Source of the DNA: Candidatus Ozemobacteraceae bacterium
Lineage (GTDB): Bacteria; Muiribacteriota; Ozemobacteria; Ozemobacterales; Ozemobacteraceae
Length of the DNA: 64,000 bases
Direction: 5' to 3'
Assembly (NCBI GenBank): GCA_965140445.1
Contig: OZ223236.1
Coordinates: 1,312,001 to 1,376,000 of the forward strand
Below, piece by piece: positions 56,561 through 64,000 of the stretch; the stretch's first letter is position 1; each line of letters opens with the position of its first letter. A program made the translations under genes and the position numbers. Under the pieces are notes generated by a model. The model searched no databases. It saw only the letters and a list, made by a program, of their open reading frames with translations, and was not told the origin of the DNA.

Positions 56561-57403
56561 TTAAGAAGATGGCATTAAAGCATCTTTGATTCTGCTTAGC
56601 CGACCTCTCAAGCGTAAAATTGCTTTGGTATGCAACTGAGATACCCTTGAATCTGAAACACCAAGGATCTTGCCGATTTCTTTTGAAGTTAACTCCTCAT
56701 AGTAATAAAGAGTAATTACCATTCTTTCGCGATCAGACAGCTTTGAAATCGCGTCAGCAAGAATCTTCTTAGCTTCTGATTCTTCAATCTTAAGCTGGGG
56801 GTTGTCGCTCTTTTGGTCTTCGATGAAATCAAATCTTGATGAACCTTCTTCGTCGTCGTAGAAAATCTCGTCTAGTGAAAGAAGCAAAGATTTTTTTGTT
56901 TCATCAAAAAGTTTGTGGAGCTCAGAGATGTCGATGTTTAAGTATTCAGCAACTTCTTCATCTTTGGCATCGCGTCCAAGTTGTCCTTCAAGCTTTGCAT
57001 AAGCTTTTTCAAGCTTGCGAGCTTTTGAGCGAATTGATCGCGGGGTCCAGTCGATTGCGCGAAGTTCATCAAAAATGGCTCCACGAATTCTGGTTTTAGC
57101 ATATGTCTTGAATTTAACGTTCTTTTCAAGGTCATATTTGTCTATCGCGTCGATCAATCCAAGAATTCCATAACTTACCAGGTCGTCAAATTCAACATTG
57201 CTGGGCAAATTTACTGCAATTCGTCCTGCAACATACTTTACGAAGGAAGCGTATTTCATAATTAAAGCATCTTTAACCCTTTGGTCATGATTTGCTTTAT
57301 ACTGCTCCCAGAGCTTCTGGTCTTCTTCGTCCTGAAGCCTCGCCTGAAGTTTTGGATCTGTGATTTCCTGCGATGCGTTTCCAACAAGAAGTTCTTTATT
57401 CAC
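56561..57403 (-). CDS. fliA: RNA polymerase sigma-28 factor (FliA/WhiG)
   Basis: DDLVSYGILGLIDAIDKYD, RIRGAIFDELR.IDW.PRS.R, LYYYEELT.KEIG.ILGVS.SRVSQLH. Confidence 0.95.
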   Translation of the reverse strand: MNKELLVGNASQEITDPKLQARLQDEEDQKLWEQYKANHDQRVKDALIMKYASFVKYVAGRIAVNLPSNVEFDDLVSYGILGLIDAIDKYDLEKNVKFKTYAKTRIRGAIFDELRAIDWTPRSIRSKARKLEKAYAKLEGQLGRDAKDEEVAEYLNIDISELHKLFDETKKSLLLSLDEIFYDDEEGSSRFDFIEDQKSDNPQLKIEESEAKKILADAISKLSDRERMVITLYYYEELTSKEIGKILGVSDSRVSQLHTKAILRLRGRLSRIKDALMPSS

Positions 57404-57427
57404 ATCATCCCTCCGTGTTTGGCTGCC

Positions 57428-57832
57428 TTATGAGACAATTGCGGAGTCATTTCCAGCAAGAACATTTTTTCTAATGTTCAAGTCGGAATCAACAGCCGTC
57501 ATGAGCTCATCGGTAGGGGTGCCATAGGTTTTGTTAACTAATGAATCAGGGGTATCTTCTAAAAGATCTCCCAGTTCTTCTTTCAAATCTGAATCTTCAA
57601 AGATCATTTCTTCTTTTAGCTTCTCTAGTTCCTTTTCTGTAGTTATTGGCATTAATAATACCTCAAGAAAGCTACCAAGAACAGTACCAAGGAGGCCAAA
57701 AATGAAAAAAATCACAGTTACACGAAAGATTATCGTTCCAGCGCTAACTTTTGCCATAACTGCAAGGAGTAATATTACTCCGGTAACAGTAGTGGCAAGA
57801 AAAAGCCCCATTAGAAGAGATAATCTCGACAT
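57428..57832 (-). CDS. Two-TM hypothetical membrane protein
   Basis: Two N-terminal hydrophobic helices and an acidic tail; sits between cheD and fliA. Confidence 0.7.
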   Translation of the reverse strand: MSRLSLLMGLFLATTVTGVILLLAVMAKVSAGTIIFRVTVIFFIFGLLGTVLGSFLEVLLMPITTEKELEKLKEEMIFEDSDLKEELGDLLEDTPDSLVNKTYGTPTDELMTAVDSDLNIRKNVLAGNDSAIVS

Positions 57833-58318
57833 CTATAATTCCTTTGCTTCTTCTCCGAGTATGGAGAGGGTTAAAATTCCGGTTTCCAAATTAAATTCCA
57901 TTGATCTGCCGCGATTACCGCCCAAATCTTCGGCTTCAATATGAACACCAATTTTTTCCATGGCGCATCTAACAGCTTCTGCATTCAGTTTGCCAATATT
58001 AGACGAAAAGTCTTCGGTTGGGGGGAACATTTCTGAACCGCCAACAATTTTGGCAACAAGTCTGCTGCTTATTACACCTTCGCTTATTAATTTTTCAAAT
58101 AACAACGGCACTGCCGTGTCCGCAAACTTAACCGGGTTAAGTTTTTCTGGATCAATCCCGCTGGAATCTGGGAGCATTACATGAGCAAAACCGCCAATTT
58201 TACTCTTGCTATCATACATCGCTACAATAACACAGGAACCTACTCCATATGCAGCCAGGATTGCCGGGCTATTGGCGATTTTCAATTCTCCCATTCCTAC
58301 GGGAATCTTTTCTGGCAT
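57833..58318 (-). CDS. cheD: Chemoreceptor glutamine deamidase CheD
   Basis: VGMGE, GVGSCV, AHVMLP, KFADTA, AKIVGG, AEDLGG..GR. Confidence 0.93.
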   Translation of the reverse strand: MPEKIPVGMGELKIANSPAILAAYGVGSCVIVAMYDSKSKIGGFAHVMLPDSSGIDPEKLNPVKFADTAVPLLFEKLISEGVISSRLVAKIVGGSEMFPPTEDFSSNIGKLNAEAVRCAMEKIGVHIEAEDLGGNRGRSMEFNLETGILTLSILGEEAKEL

Positions 58319-58935
58319 TAATCAACTCCAAGTGTTTGCAATAGACGGTCGAGAGAGTTCGGTTGAGGAAGAAGGAAAATATGAATTTTCAGATCTTCTT
58401 CACAGTCTATAAATGATGTTTCAATCATAAGCACCTGGTCGCTGACTGCTGTCATATCAGCAACAACAGAATCGATAAGAGAACCTGCCATGTCAAAGGT
58501 CATTGACGGAAGCGAGTTCAACATCGGAGTCTGTGTTAGGACAGATAAAGCATTTAGAAATGCTCCAGCCAGAATATTTCCAACTTCTCTCATACAAGAA
58601 CTTTCAAGCTCTCCCATATTCATCGGGTTGTCAATTTCACAACCTGGTATCAATGTTTTAAGTAATCGAAGAGCTGTTTTTTCTGGTATCAGAAGTAGAA
58701 ACCTTCCTGAAATTTCACCCATTACTTTCAGGAAAATACCCATCACCTGTTTTTCAGGACCACCTATCAATTCAGGAATCTTTTTAAAATTCATGATTGA
58801 TGCGCTGGGAACCGACATGTCGATTTTTCTGTTTAAAAACTGGGCAAGGGCGCTCGCCGCATTTCCTGAGCCGATGTTTCCGACTTCCCTGAGTGCGTCA
58901 AGCTGGGTTTTTGTCAAATTTGTAATATCTTGCAT
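58318..58935 (-). CDS. cheC: CheY-P phosphatase CheC
   Basis: DALREVGNIGSGNAASALA and EVGNIL..AFLNALS duplicated motifs; start ATG 58935 after GAGG. Confidence 0.93.
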   Translation of the reverse strand: MQDITNLTKTQLDALREVGNIGSGNAASALAQFLNRKIDMSVPSASIMNFKKIPELIGGPEKQVMGIFLKVMGEISGRFLLLIPEKTALRLLKTLIPGCEIDNPMNMGELESSCMREVGNILAGAFLNALSVLTQTPMLNSLPSMTFDMAGSLIDSVVADMTAVSDQVLMIETSFIDCEEDLKIHIFLLPQPNSLDRLLQTLGVD

Positions 58936-58965
58936 GTGCAACCTCTGACAGATACAGTCCAAGCC

Positions 58966-58994
58966 ATTATAAAGCAGTCATTCTTATAATGCAA
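58966..58994 (-). promoter_or_regulatory. Sigma70-type promoter for cheC-cheD-orf-fliA
   Basis: Minus strand TTGCAT-17 nt-TATAAT, about 30 nt upstream of the cheC ATG. Confidence 0.6.
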
Positions 58995-59034
58995 GGCTTG
59001 AACCCTTTTATTTTTGTATAGAAAAAAAGGGGAA

Positions 59035-59658
59035 TTAGTCGTCTTCTTGATCCGTTTCTGTAGGCGTTTTAGAAGAAAAGTCTTTTCCGTTAAATTTTGT
59101 CATTGCTTGATTTCCCATGCCAAGGAGAAGCAATGCAATGATATCTGGAATATCTTTTAGGACATTTTCAAAAATTTTCCATTCATCTTCAGAGATTTCG
59201 CCTAATACGTGTGAAACAAGTTTCTGGTGTGAATCTTCAATATCTTCCTCGGACCTTGGCTCTCCAACCCCAACTCTGATTCTCCAAAATTTTCTTCCAA
59301 TATGGCTGATAATTGACTTAAGCCCATTGTGTCCGCCGTCACTGCCTGAGGCTCTTATTCTGATTCTTCCAATTGGTAAATTAATGTCGTCAACAATAAC
59401 TATCAGGCTTTCTGGTGCCATTTCTTCTTCAATGAGGAGGCTGGAAACAGATTCTCCTGATAAATTCATGTAGGTTTGGGGTTTTAAAAGCAAATGTTCC
59501 AATCCCCGAAAAGAAAATTTAGAAATTATACCTTTATGCGCTTTTAAATTTTCTCCAGCCCCAAATCGATTTGAAAGCGCGTCAATTGCCCAGAATCCGA
59601 CGTTATGTCTTGTGTTCTGATATTCTTTTCCCGGGTTGCCTAATCCTGCGATGATCAT
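59035..59658 (-). CDS. pth: Peptidyl-tRNA hydrolase
   Basis: IAGLGNPG.EY..TRHNVGF, KPQTYMNLSG, GGHNGLKS; start ATG 59658. Confidence 0.95.
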   Translation of the reverse strand: MIIAGLGNPGKEYQNTRHNVGFWAIDALSNRFGAGENLKAHKGIISKFSFRGLEHLLLKPQTYMNLSGESVSSLLIEEEMAPESLIVIVDDINLPIGRIRIRASGSDGGHNGLKSIISHIGRKFWRIRVGVGEPRSEEDIEDSHQKLVSHVLGEISEDEWKIFENVLKDIPDIIALLLLGMGNQAMTKFNGKDFSSKTPTETDQEDD

Positions 59659-59735
59659 AATGCTAGAATAGATAACAGAGGCCATGCTTTTTAGTCAACT
59701 CAAATTCCTTTATTGATGCTGATAATTACTAAAAT

Positions 59736-59765
59736 TTGACATGTACGACAATTGACGGGTATAAT
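59736..59765 (+). promoter_or_regulatory. Sigma70-type promoter for gpmI-gmk
   Basis: TTGACA-18 nt-TATAAT. Confidence 0.7.
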
Positions 59766-59814
59766 CCGCCAAACCTTAGGGTTGATACCCGAATTTTTCA
59801 AGGTTTAACAAATT

Positions 59815-61353
59815 ATGGAACCAAAAACAAAAGTACTATTAATAATTCTGGATGGTTTTGGAATTTCTGAAATCAAACAGGGAAACGCTGTTTTCGAAGC
59901 TCAACCTGAGTTTATAAATAAATTGATGCAGGAAAGACCTTGCACCAGTTTGGGAGCATCTGCTTTGGATGTAGGTTTGCCGGAAGGGCAGATGGGAAAC
60001 TCTGAAGTCGGCCACTTAAATATTGGCGCCGGTAGAGTTGTTTATCAGGATATAACCCGCATTAACAAATCTATTCAGGATGGCTCGTTTTACACTAATC
60101 AGGTTTTCTTAGATATGATCCAGGGGTTAAAAGACTCCGGAAAAGCTTTACACCTGTATGGCCTTGTGTCAAACGGTGGTGTTCATAGCCACATAAATCA
60201 TATCTCTGCCCTGTTAAAGCTTGCAAAAGATAACGGGCTTACCAAGGTTTTTCTTCATGCATTTACGGATGGAAGAGACACGTCACCAACAAGTGGCGTA
60301 CATTTTATTCGAGAGCTGGTTGAAGAAACCAAAAAAATTGGTGTTGGAAAAATAGCTACAATAAGTGGTCGATTCTACGCTATGGATAGAGATAATAGGT
60401 GGGATCGTGTTGAGAAAGCTTATTCGGCGCTTGTTCATGGCGTTGGAAACAGATCTTCTGATCCGGTTTTATCAATGGAAGCCTCTTATAAAGTAAATAT
60501 TACTGATGAATTTGTTGTTCCAGTCGTAATAGAAGAAAATGGTCAGCCTGTTGCTACTATTGACGAAGGCGATACTATTTTATCTTTTAACTTCAGGGCT
60601 GATAGAATGCGTCAAATTTCAAGGGTTTTCACCGCTGAGAAATTTGATCTTTTCAAAAGAAAAGAAATGAAGGTTAATTATTTCAGCTTTACCAATTATT
60701 CCGAGGAATTCAATTTTCCAATTGTTTTCCCTCCGCAAAAGCTTGATAACGTTCTAGGCGAAGTTCTATCAAAAAATGGAATTGCTCAATTAAGGTTGGC
60801 TGAAACAGAGAAATATGCTCATGTAACTTATTTTACGAATGGCGGCTATGAGCCTCCGTTTGATCTTGAAGACAGGCACATGATTCCTTCACCGAAGGTG
60901 AAAACATATGATTTAAAACCTGAAATGTCCGCTTTTGAAGTAGGAGACTTTCTTACTGAAAAGCTGAAAACTCAGAAGTATCCGTTTGTAATGGTTAATT
61001 TTGCAAATTGCGATATGGTAGGGCATACTGGAATAATGGAAGCAGCGATAAAAGCAGTTAGCACTGTTGATTGTGTTTTATCAAAAGTTATTCCAGTAGC
61101 TTATGAGTTGGGCTATGATTGTATGATCACCGCTGACCACGGAAACGCGGAGCAAATGGTTGATGAAAATACTGGTGAAGCTTTTACTGAACATACTGTG
61201 AATCCAGTTCCATTCTGTTTGTTGTCTCGAGAGGCAGATGAGCTAAGGGAAAAAGGAAAGCTTTGCGATATCGCTCCTACCGTGCTTGATTTAATGGGTA
61301 TTGAAAAACCCGAATCAATGACAGGAAATTCTTTAATACTTCGAAAAAAATAG
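59815..61353 (+). CDS. gpmI: 2,3-bisphosphoglycerate-independent phosphoglycerate mutase
   Basis: ILDGFG, GQMGNSEVGH, DGRD, ETEKYAHVT, DMVGHTG, TADHGNAE. Confidence 0.97.
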   Translation: MEPKTKVLLIILDGFGISEIKQGNAVFEAQPEFINKLMQERPCTSLGASALDVGLPEGQMGNSEVGHLNIGAGRVVYQDITRINKSIQDGSFYTNQVFLDMIQGLKDSGKALHLYGLVSNGGVHSHINHISALLKLAKDNGLTKVFLHAFTDGRDTSPTSGVHFIRELVEETKKIGVGKIATISGRFYAMDRDNRWDRVEKAYSALVHGVGNRSSDPVLSMEASYKVNITDEFVVPVVIEENGQPVATIDEGDTILSFNFRADRMRQISRVFTAEKFDLFKRKEMKVNYFSFTNYSEEFNFPIVFPPQKLDNVLGEVLSKNGIAQLRLAETEKYAHVTYFTNGGYEPPFDLEDRHMIPSPKVKTYDLKPEMSAFEVGDFLTEKLKTQKYPFVMVNFANCDMVGHTGIMEAAIKAVSTVDCVLSKVIPVAYELGYDCMITADHGNAEQMVDENTGEAFTEHTVNPVPFCLLSREADELREKGKLCDIAPTVLDLMGIEKPESMTGNSLILRKK

Positions 61354-61356
61354 ACA

Positions 61357-61938
61357 ATGAATCAAACTCTTAGTAAACCCGAAAAGGGCTATCTGTTCAT
61401 TGTTTCCGGTCCTTCGGGAGTGGGAAAGACAGTCTTGTGCAATGAGATTGTCAATACTTTTCCGAAGGTCCTGTATTCAATCTCTGCCACCTCCAGAGCC
61501 CCACGAGGCGGAGAAAAGAACGGCCAGGAGTATTTTTTCTTCACTGAAGACGAATTTAAAAGTGCAATTGAAAAAGATGAGTTTGCCGAATGGGCTTTTG
61601 TTCACGGAAATTACTATGGCACGCCATTAAGCTTTTTAGAGCAAAACATAAATTCCGGAAGACATGTCATTTTAAACATTGACGTTCAAGGGGCTTTTAA
61701 GATCAGGGAGAAGTATCCTGAAGCAATAATGATTTTTATATTGCCGCCTTCTCTTGAAGAGCTTGAAAGTCGCATCAGAAAGAGAAATATGGATAGCGAA
61801 GAGGCATTGAAACATAGACTTGAAAATGCCAAAAAAGAACTTGCTTATAAGGGTCAGTACACTTATTCAATTGTAAATGACGACCTGGAAAATGCGATTA
61901 AAGAGCTTAAGGGAATTTTTAAGAATTTTGTTTCTTAA
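61357..61938 (+). CDS. gmk: Guanylate kinase
   Basis: SGPSGVGKT, SISATSRAPR.GE, GNYYGT, IDVQGA, PPS. Confidence 0.96.
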   Translation: MNQTLSKPEKGYLFIVSGPSGVGKTVLCNEIVNTFPKVLYSISATSRAPRGGEKNGQEYFFFTEDEFKSAIEKDEFAEWAFVHGNYYGTPLSFLEQNINSGRHVILNIDVQGAFKIREKYPEAIMIFILPPSLEELESRIRKRNMDSEEALKHRLENAKKELAYKGQYTYSIVNDDLENAIKELKGIFKNFVS

Positions 61939-61944
61939 GCTATC

Positions 61945-61973
61945 TTGACACCTTTGCCAACCGTTCTTATAAT
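61945..61973 (+). promoter_or_regulatory. Consensus sigma70 promoter
   Basis: Perfect TTGACA-17 nt-TATAAT; AGGAGG RBS downstream. Confidence 0.8.
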
Positions 61974-62017
61974 TTAGGGATAATCTAACGGAAATTAAGT
62001 CTAGGAGGCTTGTTACA

Positions 62018-62743
62018 ATGAAACGCACCGCCCTGTGCTTCCTGATGATCTGCTTACTTTTGTCAACAGCTACAGTTTGGTCTCAAGAAGTGAAAGTTGT
62101 TCCTCTTGATGCTAAATTGGATATTCTGAGTGGTCAGGTTAAGCTGACTAGAGTTGGAAACGCTAAGACTGATATCATTAATCAGGCTGTAAAGCTTTAT
62201 GCTGGCGATCTTCTTGAAACTCTTAGAGAGTCGAAAGCAACACTGGTTTATTCTGATGGAACAACCATGAAGATTAAACCAAGAACTCTTATCGAAGTTC
62301 AGCCTTTGAGTATAAAAGTATTTAAAGGTAAAACATGGTACAAATTCACCAAGCGTGGAACAGAATTTAGAATTGAAACTCCAACTTTGGTTGCCGGTAT
62401 TCGTGGAACAGAATTTGAAGTAGCCGTTTCTTCAAGAAGAAAGTCTTCAATTTCTGTTGTAGAAGGAAAAGTTGCCGTTAAAAGTAAAAAAAGCGGGAAA
62501 GGCTTACTTCTAAGACCTGGTTATGCTACTCATTGTGAAGTAGGACGTGATCTTGTTCAGGCTTACAATTTTAATGTTGAAAAGAAAAAGTCTGAATGGC
62601 CTTCTGCCGATTGGAATGGCAAGTCTCCTGATGATATTAATAAAATGTTTATTAAATATCTTAATTTGAAAGCTGAATATGGCGAAAGTGATCCAAAAAC
62701 CAAGGATGCACTTAAAGCTCTTGAAAGCGCAAAAAGAAAGTAA
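62018..62743 (+). CDS. Secreted FecR-domain protein
   Basis: Signal peptide; GDLLET...A.L.YSDGT, F.IETPT.VAGIRGTEF.V, V.EGKV.V. Confidence 0.8.
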   Translation: MKRTALCFLMICLLLSTATVWSQEVKVVPLDAKLDILSGQVKLTRVGNAKTDIINQAVKLYAGDLLETLRESKATLVYSDGTTMKIKPRTLIEVQPLSIKVFKGKTWYKFTKRGTEFRIETPTLVAGIRGTEFEVAVSSRRKSSISVVEGKVAVKSKKSGKGLLLRPGYATHCEVGRDLVQAYNFNVEKKKSEWPSADWNGKSPDDINKMFIKYLNLKAEYGESDPKTKDALKALESAKRK

Positions 62744-62764
62744 CAAACTTTAACTGGTGAACTT

Positions 62765-62797
62765 AAAAGCCCCCTACAATTTGTAGGGGGCTTTTTT
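62765..62797. terminator. Bidirectional terminator
   Basis: aaaagccccctacaa-t-ttgtagggggctttt inverted repeat between convergent genes. Confidence 0.85.
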
Positions 62798-62831
62798 ATC
62801 GTAAATTAAATTGAAACTTTCATAAGATTTT

Positions 62832-63260
62832 TTAATAATCAAAATCTGCTTTTCTTTGGGCCTTTTTGCTGCTGAGAATCTTTTTCTTTTTAATTCGTCT
62901 TTCCACAGATGCTTTTGATGGTTTTGTTGGTTTTCTTGGCTTGGGTGGCTTTAAGGCTTTTTGGATCAAGTGCCTTAATTTTTCACGAACATCGCAAATA
63001 TTACGGTATTGTTCCCGAAAATTCTGGCTGGATAAAATTATAGCCCCATCACTGTCAACTCTTGTTCCGGCAAGCTTCATGATTCTATCAAGCACAGCTT
63101 GTGTAAACAAACACGATTCAGCAGGGGAAAACCTTAATTCAATTTTGGTTGAAACTTTATTTACGTTTTGTCCACCTGGGCCAGACGATCTCATCGCAGT
63201 CAGCTTAATTAAAAAGCCTGGGATAGTAATTCTTTCATTAATGATTAAATCTTCGCTCAT
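62832..63260 (-). CDS. arfB: Alternative ribosome rescue factor ArfB (YaeJ)
   Basis: RSSGPGGQNVNKV (GGQ), REQYRN, basic tail PKPRKPTKPSKAS..RR..KK. Confidence 0.93.
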   Translation of the reverse strand: MSEDLIINERITIPGFLIKLTAMRSSGPGGQNVNKVSTKIELRFSPAESCLFTQAVLDRIMKLAGTRVDSDGAIILSSQNFREQYRNICDVREKLRHLIQKALKPPKPRKPTKPSKASVERRIKKKKILSSKKAQRKADFDY

Positions 63261-64000
63261 TTTATTAACCTATTGTTTTTTAGCCATTCAAAGGCTTCTT
63301 TTACTTTTATTGTTTTCATACAGGGATTTTGGTTGCAAGTATCACAGATTCCTTTGCAGTCACTGATTTCCGGCAAAATTACTTTACTCGGTTGATTGGC
63401 TGGTCCCCATCTCACTGGGGTCATACTTTTCTGGGGAGGGAAAAATCCAAGAACTGGAAGTCCAATTGCCCCCGCTAGATGCATCGGACCTGTCGATCCC
63501 CCAACAAAGCCAGAGCAGTGCCAAAATGCTCCTGCAAGAGATTCGAAATCTGGCAAGCCAGATAGATAACCGATAACTCCTTGCCGGGTTTTGGGAAAAA
63601 ATGATTTCAAGTGTTCTTCACCCGGACCAAAACTCAAGATCACAGGTATTTGGTTGTCGATTAGTTGTCTGGTTAATTCTGAATACTGTTCCGGGGTGAT
63701 ATTATGAGCAGATCCACCGTGTCCAGGGTGAATTATTATAGGATTGGTTCCTTCTAAACCAGCTTTTTTTATGGCTTCCATTCCATTATCAATAGCCTTT
63801 TTTGAAGGATATAGTTTTGGTTTTAGAAGCCTTGATTTCTCTAGAGCAACATCTGCAAGATCCAGGTTATACTCATATTCGTGCTTAAGATTCTTAGAGC
63901 GCTTTTGAACACACCTTTTAGAAAGAAAAAATTGCCAGATATTTGATGCGCGACCTGTTCTTATGGGGATCCGAGCGAGAAAGGTAGCAATTATTGCCTG
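63257..64000 (-). CDS. Glycosyltransferase family 9 (LPS heptosyltransferase-like), 5' end outside the window
   Basis: Frame stays open to the window edge (...RIPIRTG...QKRS...KHEYEYNLDL...); IHPG.GGS, STGPMHLAGA.G.P, RWGP. Confidence 0.88.
   Translation of the reverse strand, partial: QAIIATFLARIPIRTGRASNIWQFFLSKRCVQKRSKNLKHEYEYNLDLADVALEKSRLLKPKLYPSKKAIDNGMEAIKKAGLEGTNPIIIHPGHGGSAHNITPEQYSELTRQLIDNQIPVILSFGPGEEHLKSFFPKTRQGVIGYLSGLPDFESLAGAFWHCSGFVGGSTGPMHLAGAIGLPVLGFFPPQKSMTPVRWGPANQPSKVILPEISDCKGICDTCNQNPCMKTIKVKEAFEWLKNNRLIK

Noticed and set aside
23515..62797. Long perfect palindromes (23519, 56500, 62765) as a REP/MITE family
   Set aside because: Their sequences are unrelated to each other and each sits between convergent stops with A/T tails, so they are ordinary bidirectional terminators.
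59035..63260. pth plus arfB as a dedicated ribosome-rescue cluster
   Set aside because: They are separated by oppositely oriented gpmI-gmk-FecR genes and lie in different transcription units; proximity is probably coincidental.
1..64000. CRISPR array, tRNA/rRNA, IS, integrase or prophage
   Set aside because: No regularly spaced direct repeats, RNA gene signatures, transposase, integrase or phage structural genes seen by eye; intergenic gaps are short. The Cas4-like Cys/PD-(D/E)XK motifs belong to the helicase-nuclease fusions.

Overview
64 kb of gene-dense, AT-rich chromosome from a diderm bacterium. The gene style resembles Candidatus Riflebacteria; that is an unverified impression. It holds about 50 CDSs, and I saw no rRNA, tRNA, CRISPR array or transposase. 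Housekeeping genes: phrB, kdsD/kpsF, argF, M42 peptidase, acyP, murC-like, rlpA, fliA-cheD-cheC, pth, gpmI, gmk, arfB and a GT9. Envelope and accessory blocks: (i) three tandem lipoproteins sharing five copies of an unnamed ~90-aa domain, two of them with dockerin-like repeats and NHL propellers; (ii) an AdnAB-like tandem helicase-nuclease pair; (iii) a 10-kb block with three divergent Skp/OmpH-like paralogues flanking PilW/PilV/PilX-like pilins and a ~1610-aa secreted protein; (iv) alpha-2-macroglobulin plus pbpC; (v) an apparent pseudoenzyme operon (catalytically eroded alkaline phosphatase, eroded AEP primase-DnaB helicase fusion, intact acylphosphatase); (vi) a LysM/M23, beta-barrel, FecR-domain, FN3-lipoprotein operon with CsrA-type motifs in its leader. 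The best candidates for an undescribed system are (iii), (v) and (i). All family assignments come from motif recognition by eye, not database searches.
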